DNA from: the human T2T-CHM13v2.0 reference genome, Homo sapiens
Length of the DNA: 64,000 nt
NCBI RefSeq assembly: GCF_009914755.1
Contig: NC_060943.1
Reading direction: 5' to 3' (one strand)
Position numbers and translations under genes: made by a program. The stretch's first letter is position 1, and every line of letters begins with the position of its first letter. The notes below the pieces were generated by a model. It was not told the DNA's origin. It was given only the letters and a program-made list of their open reading frames with translations, and ran no database searches. Shown piece by piece: positions 1 through 29,299 of the stretch.

Positions 1-1119
1 AGGACTGTAGTTTCCTGGAAAGCTCTCAGGATAGTACCTGGTACATAGTGAGTGCTGCATCAGTGTGAGCTATTATAATTATGGGAATAGACAAAGGTGC
101 CACCCTGGCCATCCAGAGTGGGGAGGTATTTTCCAGTCAGGGTCCAGGCAGGCCAGCTGTAGATGAAGCTGATTAGTGGGGAAGCTTAACTTCCAGGAGT
201 GGAAGAATTTAGGAGGAGTAAACAGAATGCACAACATTCTGCAAACATTCCTTTACCCAACAGTAGGAATACTCAGAGTTGGCGTGGATTCCGTGGCAAT
301 CATTATCTCCTGGGAATCTAAGAATGTGTCCTAGAGTCAAATGGCTTTGATGTAAGCCAAACCCAGAAATGGGCTTCAGGGCTGCCTTGCACATAGCATT
401 CATTCATCTTGAAAAAGGAAAGCATTCATCTTGCTAAAGGAATCCCCTCTTCTGGCCCAGGCCATTATTTTTGTTTTTGTACTCTCCTAATTTTTAAGGT
501 GTAAGGAGAAAGACCGAAGAATAAAATAATGGAGTACATGTATGAAATGACAGGGTAGAATTGAGACTGCTACATGTAAGTTAAGAGAAATTGTGTATAA
601 ATTTTGTGTGAGCATAAGAAGGATTTCTTGTTGCAAACAGACCTCTCCATATAAATAATACCCATTGCCTTTAGTGGATAGCAGACCGCATCAGAAGAAC
701 ATTCCAACAGAGTCATGAGACAATGGGTAGTGTGGCTTCTTTAATTGGCAGGTTAGACTGAGTAAGTTACTGAAGAGAAAGGAGTTGAAGGAGAAGATGG
801 GTGAGGGCAAGAAAAATGGGAAGGTGAAAGGAAAGGACTGAAAGGAATGTTTACCAAGGGCTCATCAGGTACCAGGCTCTGTGACTAATGTCTTACACAT
901 GTTAATTTACTCTTCCACTGTCATTTTCTGATGCAGTAAGAGTCAGCCTTATACTGCAGATGAGGAAAGAGGCTGAGGGAGGTCAAATGAGTGGCCCAGG
1001 GTCATCCAGCCACTTCATAGCAGAGCTAGTGTGCTTCACTGTGGTTTGTGCAGACAGAAAAGTGAGACGTGGAAGGAAGGCAAAACATTTTTGTTGTGGG
1101 TGATGTTTATGAAAGTGAC

Positions 1120-1685
<566 letters not shown>

Positions 1686-1804
1686 GTGATAAGACAAAAT
1701 TACAACTAATTTAGTTATTGATGTAATTGGCTTTTATTTTTGATTTATGATTTGGGGCAGCTCTCCCTCTACAGATGCTTCAGCATCCCAAGTAGCTGGG
1801 ACTA

Positions 1805-2905
1805 TATTGCGGGATCTGGCCAGCAGCTTGCAATGCAACAGGGCTCTTTCTTTGTTCCCAGGCAGATCGGCAGGTTGAGAAATAAAAGACACACACAAGA
1901 TAGTGAAAACTGGGTCCAGAGGGGTCACTGCCTTCTGGTCCTGCGATGCTACCAATGCACTGGATATACCAGCATTTATTATTAAGTTTAGTGAGAGTGT
2001 TGGTAGGTTAGTGAGGGATTTAAGGTCATTTGTAAGCTGTCCACAAGGGTCGCATTCCATTCCCAGAGCTATGGACATCTGCTTTTCTGGGATAGGAATC
2101 TTGGTTATGTGAAACCTCCCTGACTGCATGTCCATTCATAGGCTCTCTGCAGGCGGAAGCACATCACATGCTGTTGGCTCATTCTGGCAGCCCAACCTGG
2201 CATTTGTCTTTACACAATCCTGTATGCAATTTTGTATTTACAATAATCAGGAGCATTTCATCTTTTATTCCATAGCAATAGTTTCAGGGGGTCTCCCTAC
2301 ATCTCCCCCTTTTCTCTGATTTCAATGAACCATAGCAATCATAGGTTGGCACTGATCACGATTGGATTGAAGAATATTTTTTCCAATTTTACACACGAAC
2401 AGTAAACCAATAGCACAAATTATACACAGAACAAAATTAACGATAGTGGATCCTCCCAAAGATTTTACCTATTGAAAGGGGTTGAGATTAGATAACCCCT
2501 CAGAGATACTGTCTAAAACTTCAGCACTAGGTAAAGCAGATAAGTGTGCTTGAGAGGCTTCAAAAATCTGTTCTTTCAGCTTGTTTATGTCTAAACTTAA
2601 ATTATCTTCACTTCCTTGTAAATGGCATTTTACTGATTCCCAATTGTGAAAAGACTCTTTATATTGGAACGGAGTTATACAAAAATCAGAAGTATTCCAA
2701 TCACGTTGCATTTGTAATCTGTGTTCTAAACTCATAATTCTATCTCCCATCCATATAACAGAAGCACATCACGCGCTGTAGGCTCATTCTGGCAGCCCAA
2801 CCTGGCATTGTCTTTACACAATCCTGCATGCAATTTTGTATTTACAATAATCAGGAGCATTTCACCTTTTATTCTGTAGCAATAGTTTCAGGGGGTCTCC
2901 CTACA
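1805..2905 (-). mobile_element. Internally deleted HERV-K (HML; probably HERV-K14C/LTR14C-type) provirus: 5' LTR stub 2905-2761, env TM fragment about 2760-2315, PPT, 3' LTR 2301-1805
   Basis: 6-bp TSD GGACTA (1799-1804, 2906-2911); 145-bp LTR repeat (2156-2301 vs 2761-2905); env [30 protein letters not shown]; PPT GAAAAGGGGGAGA. Confidence 0.88.
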
Positions 2906-3069
2906 GGACTACAGGTGCGCGCCACCATGCCCTGCTAATTTTTGTATTTTTAGTAGAGACAGGGTTTCACCATATTGACCAGGCTGATCTCAAACTCCTG
3001 ACCTTGTGATCTGCCTGCCTTGTCCTCCCAAAATGCTGGGATTACAGATGTGAGCCACAGCGCCCAGCC
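2906..3069 (-). mobile_element. Alu 5' half (stub of the remainder at about 1775-1804), split by HERV-K
   Basis: AGTAGCTGGGACTA|CAGG continuity across the provirus. Confidence 0.9.
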
Positions 3070-3608
3070 CATAAATCACACATTTCTTTGAGTTTTTGTA
3101 ATTCCAGCCCAAGAGAAACCATTTGATATTTGAAGAATGGCTGCACACCAATAAAAACATCTGTAGATTGCACCACACGAGGGAGACTACCAGTATGACT
3201 ATCAGGAGGAAAATATCAAGAGTTTGGAATATGCACCTTAGGCAAGATGCAAACCAACTGCAATAGGATAGATCAAGGAAGAAGCCAGAAGAGTCTAGTC
3301 ATTTTAACCAGGCAGCACATTTCATGATTTTTACAGCTGAGTCTCTATAAAACCCGATGTATTTATCCATGTGCAACAAGAAGGGTGAGAAACTGCACAG
3401 GCTCCCCCCTGTTCAGCTGATAGAGAGCAATTCTATTATCTAGCATTGCATGTGTATGTTAAATTAAAACAGGGAGTGAGAATAGGCAAGTATAGAAGTG
3501 GAAGCCTAAAAAAATCTCCATACATTTGAGGAAAAAGTTGTGTTACAGGTGCAGCTAACGTCAGCCTTTGGGTGGATTAAAGGATCTCTCGGTATGTAAA
3601 AATGGGTG

Positions 3609-3905
<297 letters not shown>

Positions 3906-4313
3906 GTATGGTTGACATGATATACCTGACACTGTTAACTTACTCTCAGAAGCTACTTCTTGTGAAATCCTAAGTACAGCATTATTCTGGGAAGCAAAGG
4001 AGACAGGCAGAAGCAAGGACAAATTAAGAGAGGTAAGAGTCTCATCATGATTGATAGTCTTGTTCTGACATCTTGAGAAAAGCTGTCCACAGTGTAAAGT
4101 CATCAACTTGTCGTGGTTTGCAGTTTGAGTGTCTCTAAGTTATGGTGTTGAACATGTGGTGAGCTCTTAGTGGCCCCCACCTCAGACACGAGGGTTTTCC
4201 CATGAAATTTACATTGAGTTGTCCACCTCCACCTTATATGGCTTCAGGAACAGAGCCACTCTTGTTCTTAATGATTTCATTGGAGAAAATTGAATTGGAA
4301 GAACTAAAAGAAT

Positions 4314-4330
4314 TCAGGGTCCAGTCCAGT
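4314..4330 (-). other. Potential alternative C-terminal mini-exon DWTGP*
   Basis: AG acceptor at 4332-4331; homologous to the DWTVP tail of other PSGs; lies beyond the AATAAA signals, so use is uncertain. Confidence 0.5.
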
Positions 4331-4779
4331 CTACCAGTGGATTATAAATACTCAAAGATAATGAACAGTGGTTCAATCTGGTAACAGGTGTACTACAGTT
4401 TTTCTTTTCAACATAGTTTTTCTCTCTATAGGAGTCTCTATTTTTACCAAAGATAATTCCAGTAGGATGAATTTGTTTGCAAATTTGGTTGAGTCTCACC
4501 GAACTTGCCCAGATTTTTTACCTAAGTGCGGCAAGAGTAGCAATGGACTGTAGAGGCCATTTTTAAACTTTGCTTTGCTAGAAGTTTTTAATAAGAATCT
4601 CAGATTAAACTTCCAAAAACCTCTTGAGACTAGGAAGCCAAACCAAGGCCCACTTCAGACTTTGCCTGCATTCCCTATGGGTTTATTCTATGTATATTCT
4701 CAAATATAACATCCCAGTCAAAGCCTTGATAATATAATCAATGTTTTCAAATGTGTCCTGTTATAAAGAGAGCAGATTC

Positions 4780-5244
4780 TTACTGAACTTGTGCAAATAG
4801 CTTTATTACCATAAACATATGAATACTCATGAATAGATTCCCAATTCTGGGGCACTCAGATAGAGAGCAAAAGGAAATGTTTCAATTTTTGTTTACAAAA
4901 GTATACTTTACCAATTGCTCAAGAAAAAATGTTCATAAATCTGGAGAATGAAACATTCCAAGAATCAGCACATTTTCAAATAGAAAATTATGAAATCATT
5001 ATCCTTTTGATTATTTAGTCCAATAACATTGAGTATTTTTCTTCTTTGTCTTGAATTTCATGAAGGTATCAGCCTGTTCATTAAAATTTTGAAAGTTCTT
5101 AGTCCAGTGGTATGATCTTGAAGTTATCAGGAGCTTGTATTCAAGAGTCCTTGTAAGAGACCTTTCCATAAATCTCCTTGAAGAAAAAGCAATTTTGGAC
5201 TGTAGGTGATTGTAAGTAGTTTGAGGAAGAATCAAAGCAACTGT
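4780..5244 (-). other. PSG2: PSG2 terminal non-coding 3'-UTR exon (3' end approximate)
   Basis: Acceptor tcattcccAG at 5246-5245 (a second AG lies 4 nt downstream); sequence resembles CEA-family 3' UTRs; AATAAA at 4807-4802, with another at 4687-4682. Confidence 0.7.
4802..4807 (-). terminator. Poly(A) signal AATAAA of PSG2
   Basis: TTTATT on + strand about 440 nt into the terminal exon. Confidence 0.65.
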
Positions 5245-5414
5245 CTGGGAATGACAGAGATTTAAACTGACTATGGTTAAAAATCTAATGAGAATTTATT
5301 ATGGTAAAGACACAGCTCACATAGAAATCTAGTTACTTCTGTGGCATATGACACTATGATAACATATTTGATTTTCAGAAATTTCATATAATTTTTAGAA
5401 TACTCATTAAAAAA

Positions 5415-5709
5415 ATTTTTTTTTCAGATGGAGTCTCACTCTGTCACCCAGACTGGAGTGCAGTGGTGCCATCTGAGTTCACTGCAAGCTCCGCCTCCGC
5501 GGTTCATGCCATTCTCCTGCCTCAGCCTCCTGAGTAGCTGGGACTACAGGTGCCTGCCACCACACCCGGCTAATTTTGTTTTTGCATTTTTAGTAGAGAT
5601 GGGGTTTCACCGTGTTAACCAGGATGGTCTCGATCTCCTGACCTCGTGATCTACCCACCTCGGCCTCCCAAACTCCTGGGATTGCAGGCGTGAGCCATCG
5701 CGCTCAGCC
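5415..5709 (-). mobile_element. AluY-like
   Basis: Full dimer; TSD TAGAATACTCAT (5396-5407, 5710-5721). Confidence 0.95.
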
Positions 5710-5989
5710 TAGAATACTCATATTATTAACATTCCCATAAATATTATTTAGAGAAGGTTTAGCATCACTTATCCCTTATTTGAAAATGCTTTCTATAAAT
5801 TTAATATATAAAATAAGGTGGCTTTTCCGTTCAGCTTCTGTTTCTCAAGAGGATTACTGAGTTCTTGGTGTAGCCCATTCATAAATAGGGCCAAAAATGT
5901 ATAGTCTTATGTATGTTGAAAAAGGTCCTTAGGTAATTCCAGTACTTTTAGCTGAAAATCATTGATTTAGTTTTAAGTTCTACCTATTG

Positions 5990-6150
5990 CAACAGGAGTT
6001 CTCCATCCTTGTTACGTGTTAGTAGTGTCAGGGAAGACTTAAAAATTACCAATGCCTGGGTCCCTCTCCAGACCTTTGAACTGGAACTAATGGGTGGGGC
6101 TTGAGCATCCACTTTTAGAAATGTTTTCCAGTGATTCCAATGTGTAGCTC
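5990..6150. mobile_element. MER5-type hAT element; paralog at about 31395-31555
   Basis: CTTAAAAATTACCAATGCCTGGG...GGGTGGGGC...CAGTGATTCCAATGTG. Confidence 0.6.
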
Positions 6151-7131
6151 TATTTCCCATCAGATTTCTCTGATTTCTTGTGGCATTCAATTTTTTCTAT
6201 TTTGGTATCATGATTATTTTCAGGTCTCATTTCCTGTCTTAGGCTTTATGTCTCCTGGGGTAGGGACCTTGCCTTCTTCATTTCTGTATGTTTTTTGAAC
6301 ACATGAACTGATCATCAGGAAAAGATCTCAACCACACATAGGTTGTGTTCTGAGTCTCAGGTTCACATGTTAATCCTAAAGTCTTTGTTCTCCACGAGGT
6401 CACATGTTGCTTGTGATGAAGGGTGTGGTTAAGTCTGCAGTGCAGATGGTGGAAGGGATTTCACTCTGTTTTTAGACATAGCATTGGAACTAAGAATTTT
6501 ATGTCTATATGGGTGAAGGGGCAGGGATGTGTAGGAAGACAGTTCTAATTAGGATGGAGGATTTATACTAGGAAGTAGAGGTAAAGGAAGTGAGAAGCCT
6601 TAGTAAATAGAAGAAATGTGAACTTATCAAATAGGCTAGAGTAGACCCCTGCAGATTCTTGATTAAATCAATTAACCAGATTTTAGAAAGGTAATGAGGC
6701 AATCATATGCAAGGAAGATTTCAAAGTCTGGAGACAAGAAGTCAAGCAATACTTTGAGAAGTGGTTGAGCTTTATGGGAATGGAGAGAATTACACTATTG
6801 AGAGATGTTAAAAATAATGAAGAGGGTTTCACCATGTGAAATTGTGTTTCTCATTTGAATCTGAGAAACAAATGAGCAGAGGCTGGAGATAATTATGTCT
6901 AAAAGACAGTGGGGTACAGGGAGCATAAAGGCCAGGGAGAAAGGGAACTGCAGGAATTAGTGCTGAGAAGCAGGAGTTTAGTGGAGGAAGGAGGAGATGC
7001 AGTCCCAGATACAGGCAAATAAGTCTTTTCCCTCTCCCAAGCATGGCAGTCAGCTCTGCAGGAACCAGGATAAGAGAAAAGGCCATCATACCTGCCAGTC
7101 TTCCTGAAATACAGAAATGACATCACAGCTG

Positions 7132-23129
<15,998 letters not shown>

Positions 23130-23269
23130 GGTCTCTGCTGCCTGTGTGTTCTCCTCTGTGGAGATGAGCCTAGGATCCAGAAACTTCCTGAGCACGGCTG
23201 TCAGCTGTGCTGTCCTTCCTCCTTCTGCACTGAGCCTCTTCCCGGGGCAGCAGCAATTCCCAGGCTCAT

Positions 23270-23291
23270 GGGTGGGGTCAGGCCCAGGACA
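23270..23291 (-). promoter_or_regulatory. PSG core promoter: CCCCACCC (KLF/SP site) overlapping a DR5 RARE-like element
   Basis: CCCCACCC at -148..-141 from the ATG (23277-23270); GGGTCA-ggccc-AGGACA at 23275-23291; matches the described TATA-less PSG promoter layout. Confidence 0.75.
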
Positions 23292-23439
23292 CCTCTCTGT
23301 CCCCTCCTCTCTCAGTCCTGCCTCCTTGTCCCTCCTTCTGTTTTCCTTTTGTCTGTGTTTCAGGTCCCTGGGGATTGTGGAGGCCTCTGCCTTTTTCAGC
23401 AGTGATTCTTTCACCAAACCTCAACACACACTTTGTGCA

Positions 23440-23440
<1 letters not shown>

Positions 23441-23489
<49 letters not shown>
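23441..23489. repeat. (AC)~24 microsatellite, about 310 bp upstream of the ATG
   Basis: Perfect dinucleotide run. Confidence 0.98.
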
Positions 23490-23493
<4 letters not shown>

Positions 23494-25449
23494 AGACACA
23501 CACCGACCCACACAGTGACACACATACCCTGCAGGTTGGGCAAGGACAGTCCTGGGCCTCAGCCTCCTGCTGTCCCCATGGCCCTGGGTCGGGGTACACA
23601 TTCACGACCTTTGCCCTCTTTCATCCCCATCTGGCTCTCCCCTTCAGTGCAGGAGGCTGGAGCTGCACCAGGTCCCTGTCACAGTGATGTCCCATTGTGC
23701 TGTGGGTGAGCTGTGTGTTGCCTGGTGAGAGGGACCCTTCCTTTCTCTAATCGTGTCTAGCTTGGCTGCAGCTTCCAAGAATGGACATTCAGGACCTGGG
23801 TGTCCTAGAGGAAACTGTCCTTTCTGGAGGTGTGCAGGGTGAATCTCTCATGCCTCTTGGTAGGAGAGGCCTGTGCTGGTTGCTCAGTGGGGGCTGTGAG
23901 TCCCGTAGTCAAGGGGAAGTTCTCGGTCACTCTCTGACTCCCTGGGGTTTGGCTGCTGAGCTGGTGCTCAGGGTTTCTCATGTTCTTCCTGACCATCTTT
24001 GATGTCCTCTCTTCTCTGCCCAGCTGATTGTCCTGTGGTCACCACACCTTCCCCGTGGTGGTGCAGGAGGAAGTGGGGAGTTACCCAGGAACCCCGCGGG
24101 ACATGGCTTGTTGAGACGCAGGAGGGGGAACCTGGGACAGAGCAGGGGTTCAGAGCTGGAGAGATTCATCCCGACTTACTCCGTGGCCATGATGGGCTCA
24201 GCCCTCCATGTGCTGACATACCCAGGGGTCTGTCCTGAGGGTTTTGACCTGGCCAAGCTGCTGTGTGTAGAGGAGGAACAGGCAGTGGCCAGAGATCCTG
24301 TCTGGAGGGACATTGCTCACACCTGAGAGGGCGGGTGGGGGTGAGTTGTGTTCTGGGAGCAAAGAGCAATAACACCCCTCATCTCCCCGCAAGGACACAA
24401 GAGAGGTCTGTCTTCCCAAGGGACAGCTGGGGGCAGGTGGCCCCATCCCGGATGGTACCTGTGTGTGACCATCACATGCGCTCTGAGCCCCGCGCGGTGC
24501 AGCGGGCAGGGAGGTCACAGGGTGCCTGGCTGATTCCCGGTGAGGCTGTGGGCCCTCAGGCAGCCGCTGTTCTGTGTCAGCTCTAGGCTTGGCCTGGGAT
24601 GCCCCAGAGAACAGGACAGATGGAGCAGGGGTGGGCATTTAGGGAGCAGTGACAGAAAGAGTTGATGAGGATGGAGGGAGGTCAGGAGGGGAAAGCTCCC
24701 AGTGTAGTGTCGCGTGCACCAGCGCTGCCCTGGGAGATGCCTTTAGCTGGGCCCAGGGAAGGAGCAGGTGTGTGGGGCAGGAGCTCCCTGCAGAGGGAGT
24801 GGTGTTAGGTTGGCGGCAGCCAAGGCAGGGAGGAGCTGACAGAGTCCGTGTGGGGAGCATGGAGGGCGCTGAGGACTTAGGCCCAAGTGACCCTGGTGAG
24901 GGTGGACACTGCTGGGCTGTGGGTTCCGCTGAGGGAGGTTGGCATCCCCTGGGAAGGCTCCAGGCTGGGAGGGACTCTGTCGCCCTCTTGTGGACAGGGA
25001 GGGAAGTGTGAACGGCAGCAATCCCAGGCCAGGCTGCATGTTTTATTCCATGTGGATCTGCACACTTCACACGAGGTCACACATATGTTATGTTACAGCT
25101 CCTTCACCTTCCAGCCCCGTGAGTCCCAGTCTGTGTGACTCTACGTTCACTGTTCTCCCTCTTTCACAATCAGATGTCCGAAACGCAGATTTTTGTCACC
25201 TTCTGTGAGTTTGTGTTTGTGTGCAGTAGGCGGCACTGTGTATACCCTGGGGGCAGTGATGTCTGGGGCTGAGCACTGGACATGGGCTTGGGAGCAGAAG
25301 AGGGAGCAGCAGGGTGGGAAGATCAATGTTGAGGGGCAGGGACAAGTCATTTTCATTTTCTCACTCCCAGGGACCAGAACCCAGGATTCTGACTCCAGGG
25401 CACAGTATCACACCCTTCTGGTGTCCCTGGATGTCGTGATGCTCATAGC

Positions 25450-26060
25450 ATCATGTTGCCTTGGCATTCATTTTTTAAGGTGTAAGTTTATTTGCCTCAA
25501 ATCAGAGGCAGGGCTTGGTCACCATGGCAGTTTTCAATACTGTATCTGGTTCAGGTGGCTCCAGTTGGTGTCCAGAGATAAAATCTTAGAGGCATCTCTC
25601 CTGCTTGGTGTGCTGGGCTCACCTCTCTCCAGCTGCTTTCTTTAAACTGATAATTCTGACATTCGCCCTCACATTTAAAGTGACCACCTCTCAGTCACAG
25701 CCTGAGCTCCTGGTCCCAGTGTTTGCTGCTTGCTTTGAACACATCCATTAAAGCTCCCTGCTGGAAACCTGTCAGATAACACCCTGGACTTAATAAAGCC
25801 ATTGGCTTACCGGTCTCTTTCCTCCCTGCCTGTGCTCACTGACCTCTGTGGTCTCCAGGTGTGCTGAGTGCTCCCTAGTGTGTGTAAGTATTAAAAATAC
25901 TTACATTTTCACATTGTGGTTGTATCATTGTAGCCTCACATGCCATCCAGGGCCTGACATTGAGGCTGCCCTATGGGACCTGTGCTGGTTAAGCCCCTGC
26001 TGGAGCTCTTGTTTTGGGGCCTCTGGTTCTGCTGGGGACAGGAGCTTCCAACTAACTTGA
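25450..26060 (+). mobile_element. Old ERVL-type LTR (MER73/MER74-like)
   Basis: GTGACCACCTCTCAGTCACAGC and ACCCTGGAC..AATAAAG motifs as recalled. Confidence 0.45.
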
Positions 26061-26189
26061 TTGAAAATCTGATGCGTTTCATTGAAACACTGGGTCAGAT
26101 GATGTATTCATGGGCTTCAGCTGCCATAACAAACACCTTAGCCTGGGTGAATTAAATAATAGAAATCTGTTTTTCACAGTTCTGTGAAT

Positions 26190-27510
26190 AATATGCTATT
26201 TTAACCACTTTAAAATCCACAATCAAGTGAAATTAACCACATACACAGTGTTAAATTACCATCACCAGTATTTTTCCTAGAAAATTTTTATCATTTTAAA
26301 CTGAAGCTTTGTATCTTTTAAACAATAACTCCCTGTATGTTCCACCCTAGACTTTGATCATCTCTACTCTGTCTCTATGAATTTGCCTATTCTTGGTGTT
26401 TCACATAAATGGAATTATACAATTATGTTATTTTGTTTCTGACACATTTCAGTTAGCATAATGTTTCCAAAGTCCATGCATGTTCCAGCGGGTGTCAGAC
26501 CTTCATTCCTCTTTATGGCAGATTAACATTCTGTTGTGTGTGTCACCATATTTATTTATTCATGTGTTGATGAGCACTTGGATTGTTTTCATATTTTATC
26601 TCTTGAATAATGCTGCAATCAACATTCCTATGCAAGTGCCTGTTTGAGTCCCTGGATTTAATTCCTTGGGTGTACACCTAGGAATAAATGTTGGGCCAAA
26701 TGAGAATTCTATGATTAGCTTTTTGAGGAAAAGCAAAACTCTTTCTCCTAGGGGCTGTACTTTTTATATTCTCACCAGCAATGTATGAGGATTCCAAATT
26801 CTACATAATGCTGCTACTTGTTATTTAACATTTTAAAAGAATGGTAGCCAGTTTCGTAGGTGTGATGTGGTGTCTCATTGCAGCTTTGACTTTGTATTTT
26901 CCTAGTGACTAATGATGTTGAGTATCCTTTCATGTCCTTCTTGATGTGGTTTGCAAATATTTTCTCTCATTCTGTGTCTATTAATTATTTTCTTGATAAG
27001 TTCCTTTGATGTACAAAAGGCTCACATCTTGATAAAGCCCAATTTATCTTTTTTTCTTGTTTCTCATGCTTTTGTATCATATCTAAGAATCCATTGCACA
27101 TTTGAGGTCATCAATATTTACCTCTATGTCTATTTTAAGATGTTTTTATGGTTATAAGTCTGATATTTAACTCAGTGATTAATTTTTTAGAGAATTGTTT
27201 GATATGGTGGAAGCTAGAGTAATCTAAATTCACTGTTTTGCATGTGGTTATCTAGTTGTTTCTGCACTATCATTTGAAAGGAGAGTTGTTCATCCATTAA
27301 ATTGTCTTGACACCCTCTTCAAAGAGTAATTGACCATAAGTGTGAGGGTTTATTTCTAGACTGTCAATTCTATCCCATTTTTCTTTATGTCCATTCTTTT
27401 GCCAGCAGCTTCTGTTTTAATAATTGTACTCCTTTGTGAGATTTCAAATAAGAAAGTTCAAGTCCTACAATTTATTTTGGCAAGATTGTTTTGGCTATTC
27501 AGGTGTCCAT
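26190..27510 (-). mobile_element. Old L1M 3' fragment
   Basis: T-rich antisense L1 3' UTR/ORF2-end motifs. Confidence 0.75.
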
Positions 27511-27821
27511 TTTTGAAAGATGGGGAAGCTAATGTTTCACAATTGGGAAAGTCTTTTCTGTCTTCTTCAGGGGGAAATTTGGGAGAACATTTTAAGAAAC
27601 TTTATCTAAGTAGGTAAACTCTCACCACTTTATTTGCTGAAGTGCTATGTTAAAGTGTGCATTGCCTATTGTGGAAGAATTGTGAGACCCTGGAAGCACC
27701 TGCCCACGTGGTGAGAGACAGTAAATTCCATGATGAGGGGCAGAGAGGACATTGTTTTGTGATACAATGTTGTTGGGGGAGTTGTATACATCTCAACTTC
27801 TTTATGTCTCTATACAGTGGG

Positions 27822-28822
27822 TGTAGGGACCAGCCCCACAGGGTCAGTGGGTTTTTCTCCCCGTGTGCAGAGACGAGAAATTGTAGAAATAAAGAAACAA
27901 GACAAAGAGATAAAAGAAAAGACAACTGGGCCTGGGGGACAACTACCACCAAGATGCGGAGACCAGTAGTGGCCCCGAATGCCAGGCTTCGCTGATATTT
28001 ATTGGATATAAGACAAAGGGGCAGGATAAGGAGTGTGAGCCATCTCCAATGATAGGTAAGGCCACATGTGTCACGTGTCCACTGGAGAAGGGGCCCTTCC
28101 CTGCCTGGCAGCCAAGGCAGAGAGAGAGAGGAGAAAGAGAGAGCTTACACCATTATTTCTGCTTATTAGAGACTTTTAGTACTTTCACTAGTTTGCTACT
28201 GCTAACTAAACAGCAGAGCCAGGTGTACAGGATGGAACATGAAGGCAGACTAGGAGTGTGACCACTGAAGCACAGCATCACAGGGAGACGGTCAGGCCTC
28301 CAGATAACTGCGGGTGGACCTGACTCATGTCAGGCCCTCCACAAGAGGTGGAGGAGTGGAGTCTTCTCTAAACTCCCCCAGGAAAAGGGAGACTCCCTTT
28401 CCCGGTCTGCTAAGTAGCGGGTGTTTTTCCTTGACACTGAGGCTACCACTAGACCACGGTCTGCTTGGCAATGGGCATCTTTCCAGACGCTGGCGTTACC
28501 GCTAGACCAAGGAGCCCTCTAGTGGCCCTGTCTGGGCATAGCAGAAGGCTCGCACTCCTGTCTTCTGGTCACTTCTCACTATGTCTCCCCAGCTCCTATC
28601 TCTGTATGGCCTGGCTTTTCCTAGGTTATGATTATAGACCAAGGATTATTATAATATTGGAATAAAGAGCAATTGCTACCAACTAATGATTAATGATATT
28701 TATATATAATCATATCTAAGATCTATATCTGGTATAACTATTCTTCTTTTACATTTTATTATACTGGAACGGCTCGTTCCCTCAGTCTCTTGCCTCGGCA
28801 CCTGGGTGGCTTGCCGCCCACA
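27822..28822 (-). mobile_element. Solo LTR13 (HERV-K HML-4)
   Basis: TG...CA ends, 1001 bp, begins TGTGGGCGGCAAGCCACCCAGGTGCCGAGG on the minus strand; 6-bp TSD AGTGGG (27816-27821, 28823-28828). Confidence 0.88.
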
Positions 28823-29299
28823 AGTGGGCATCTCCATTGGACACAGTAGGTTTTGAAATCCTTGTTTATCCTCTGGGGTCTGGGTCTTATCTTACCTGTT
28901 AGCTGCAGCTGAAAGAGGTGTCTGCTAAGGCAATGACACCTGTGGGGAGAAGAAGGGTTCAGCAGAGTGAAAGTAGCTGGGACTCAGAGAAGCCAGGAAA
29001 GTCTGACTCTTAGAAACTATGGGTCAGCAGATGTGTGTCCTCAGGGGTAAATGGGCCATGCCGGTAGCCACTGCAGTGGACTGGAAGAAGGTAAGGGCTG
29101 CTGGGTATCCCATGTTCTGTCTCAGCTCTGCAGCTGAAGATTTGGGCCCTGGGCTGGTACGGCCCTGCAGCAGGGGAAGGGTATACAGGAATGGCTGCAT
29201 ATCGGGACCAAGTCCATGTCATCTTCTTAGGCATTGTTACTGCAGATGGAGGATTCTGTTCAGAGACCTGGCCTGGACACATGGGAGGGCCCACCCCAT

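Noticed and set aside
397-442. Short direct repeat CATTCATCTTG..AAAGGAA x2
   Set aside because: Simple local slippage duplication; two copies only, not an array.
2469-2750. HERV-K env ORF as a possible syncytin-like or immunosuppressive product
   Set aside because: Only a 93-aa TM fragment with no signal peptide; the first Cys of CDWN is replaced by Arg and a stop precedes the membrane anchor.
24160-25140. GC-rich cluster of overlapping ORFs upstream of PSG2
   Set aside because: Stop-poor because of base composition; no recognisable domain or exon structure, and CpG density looks too low for an island.
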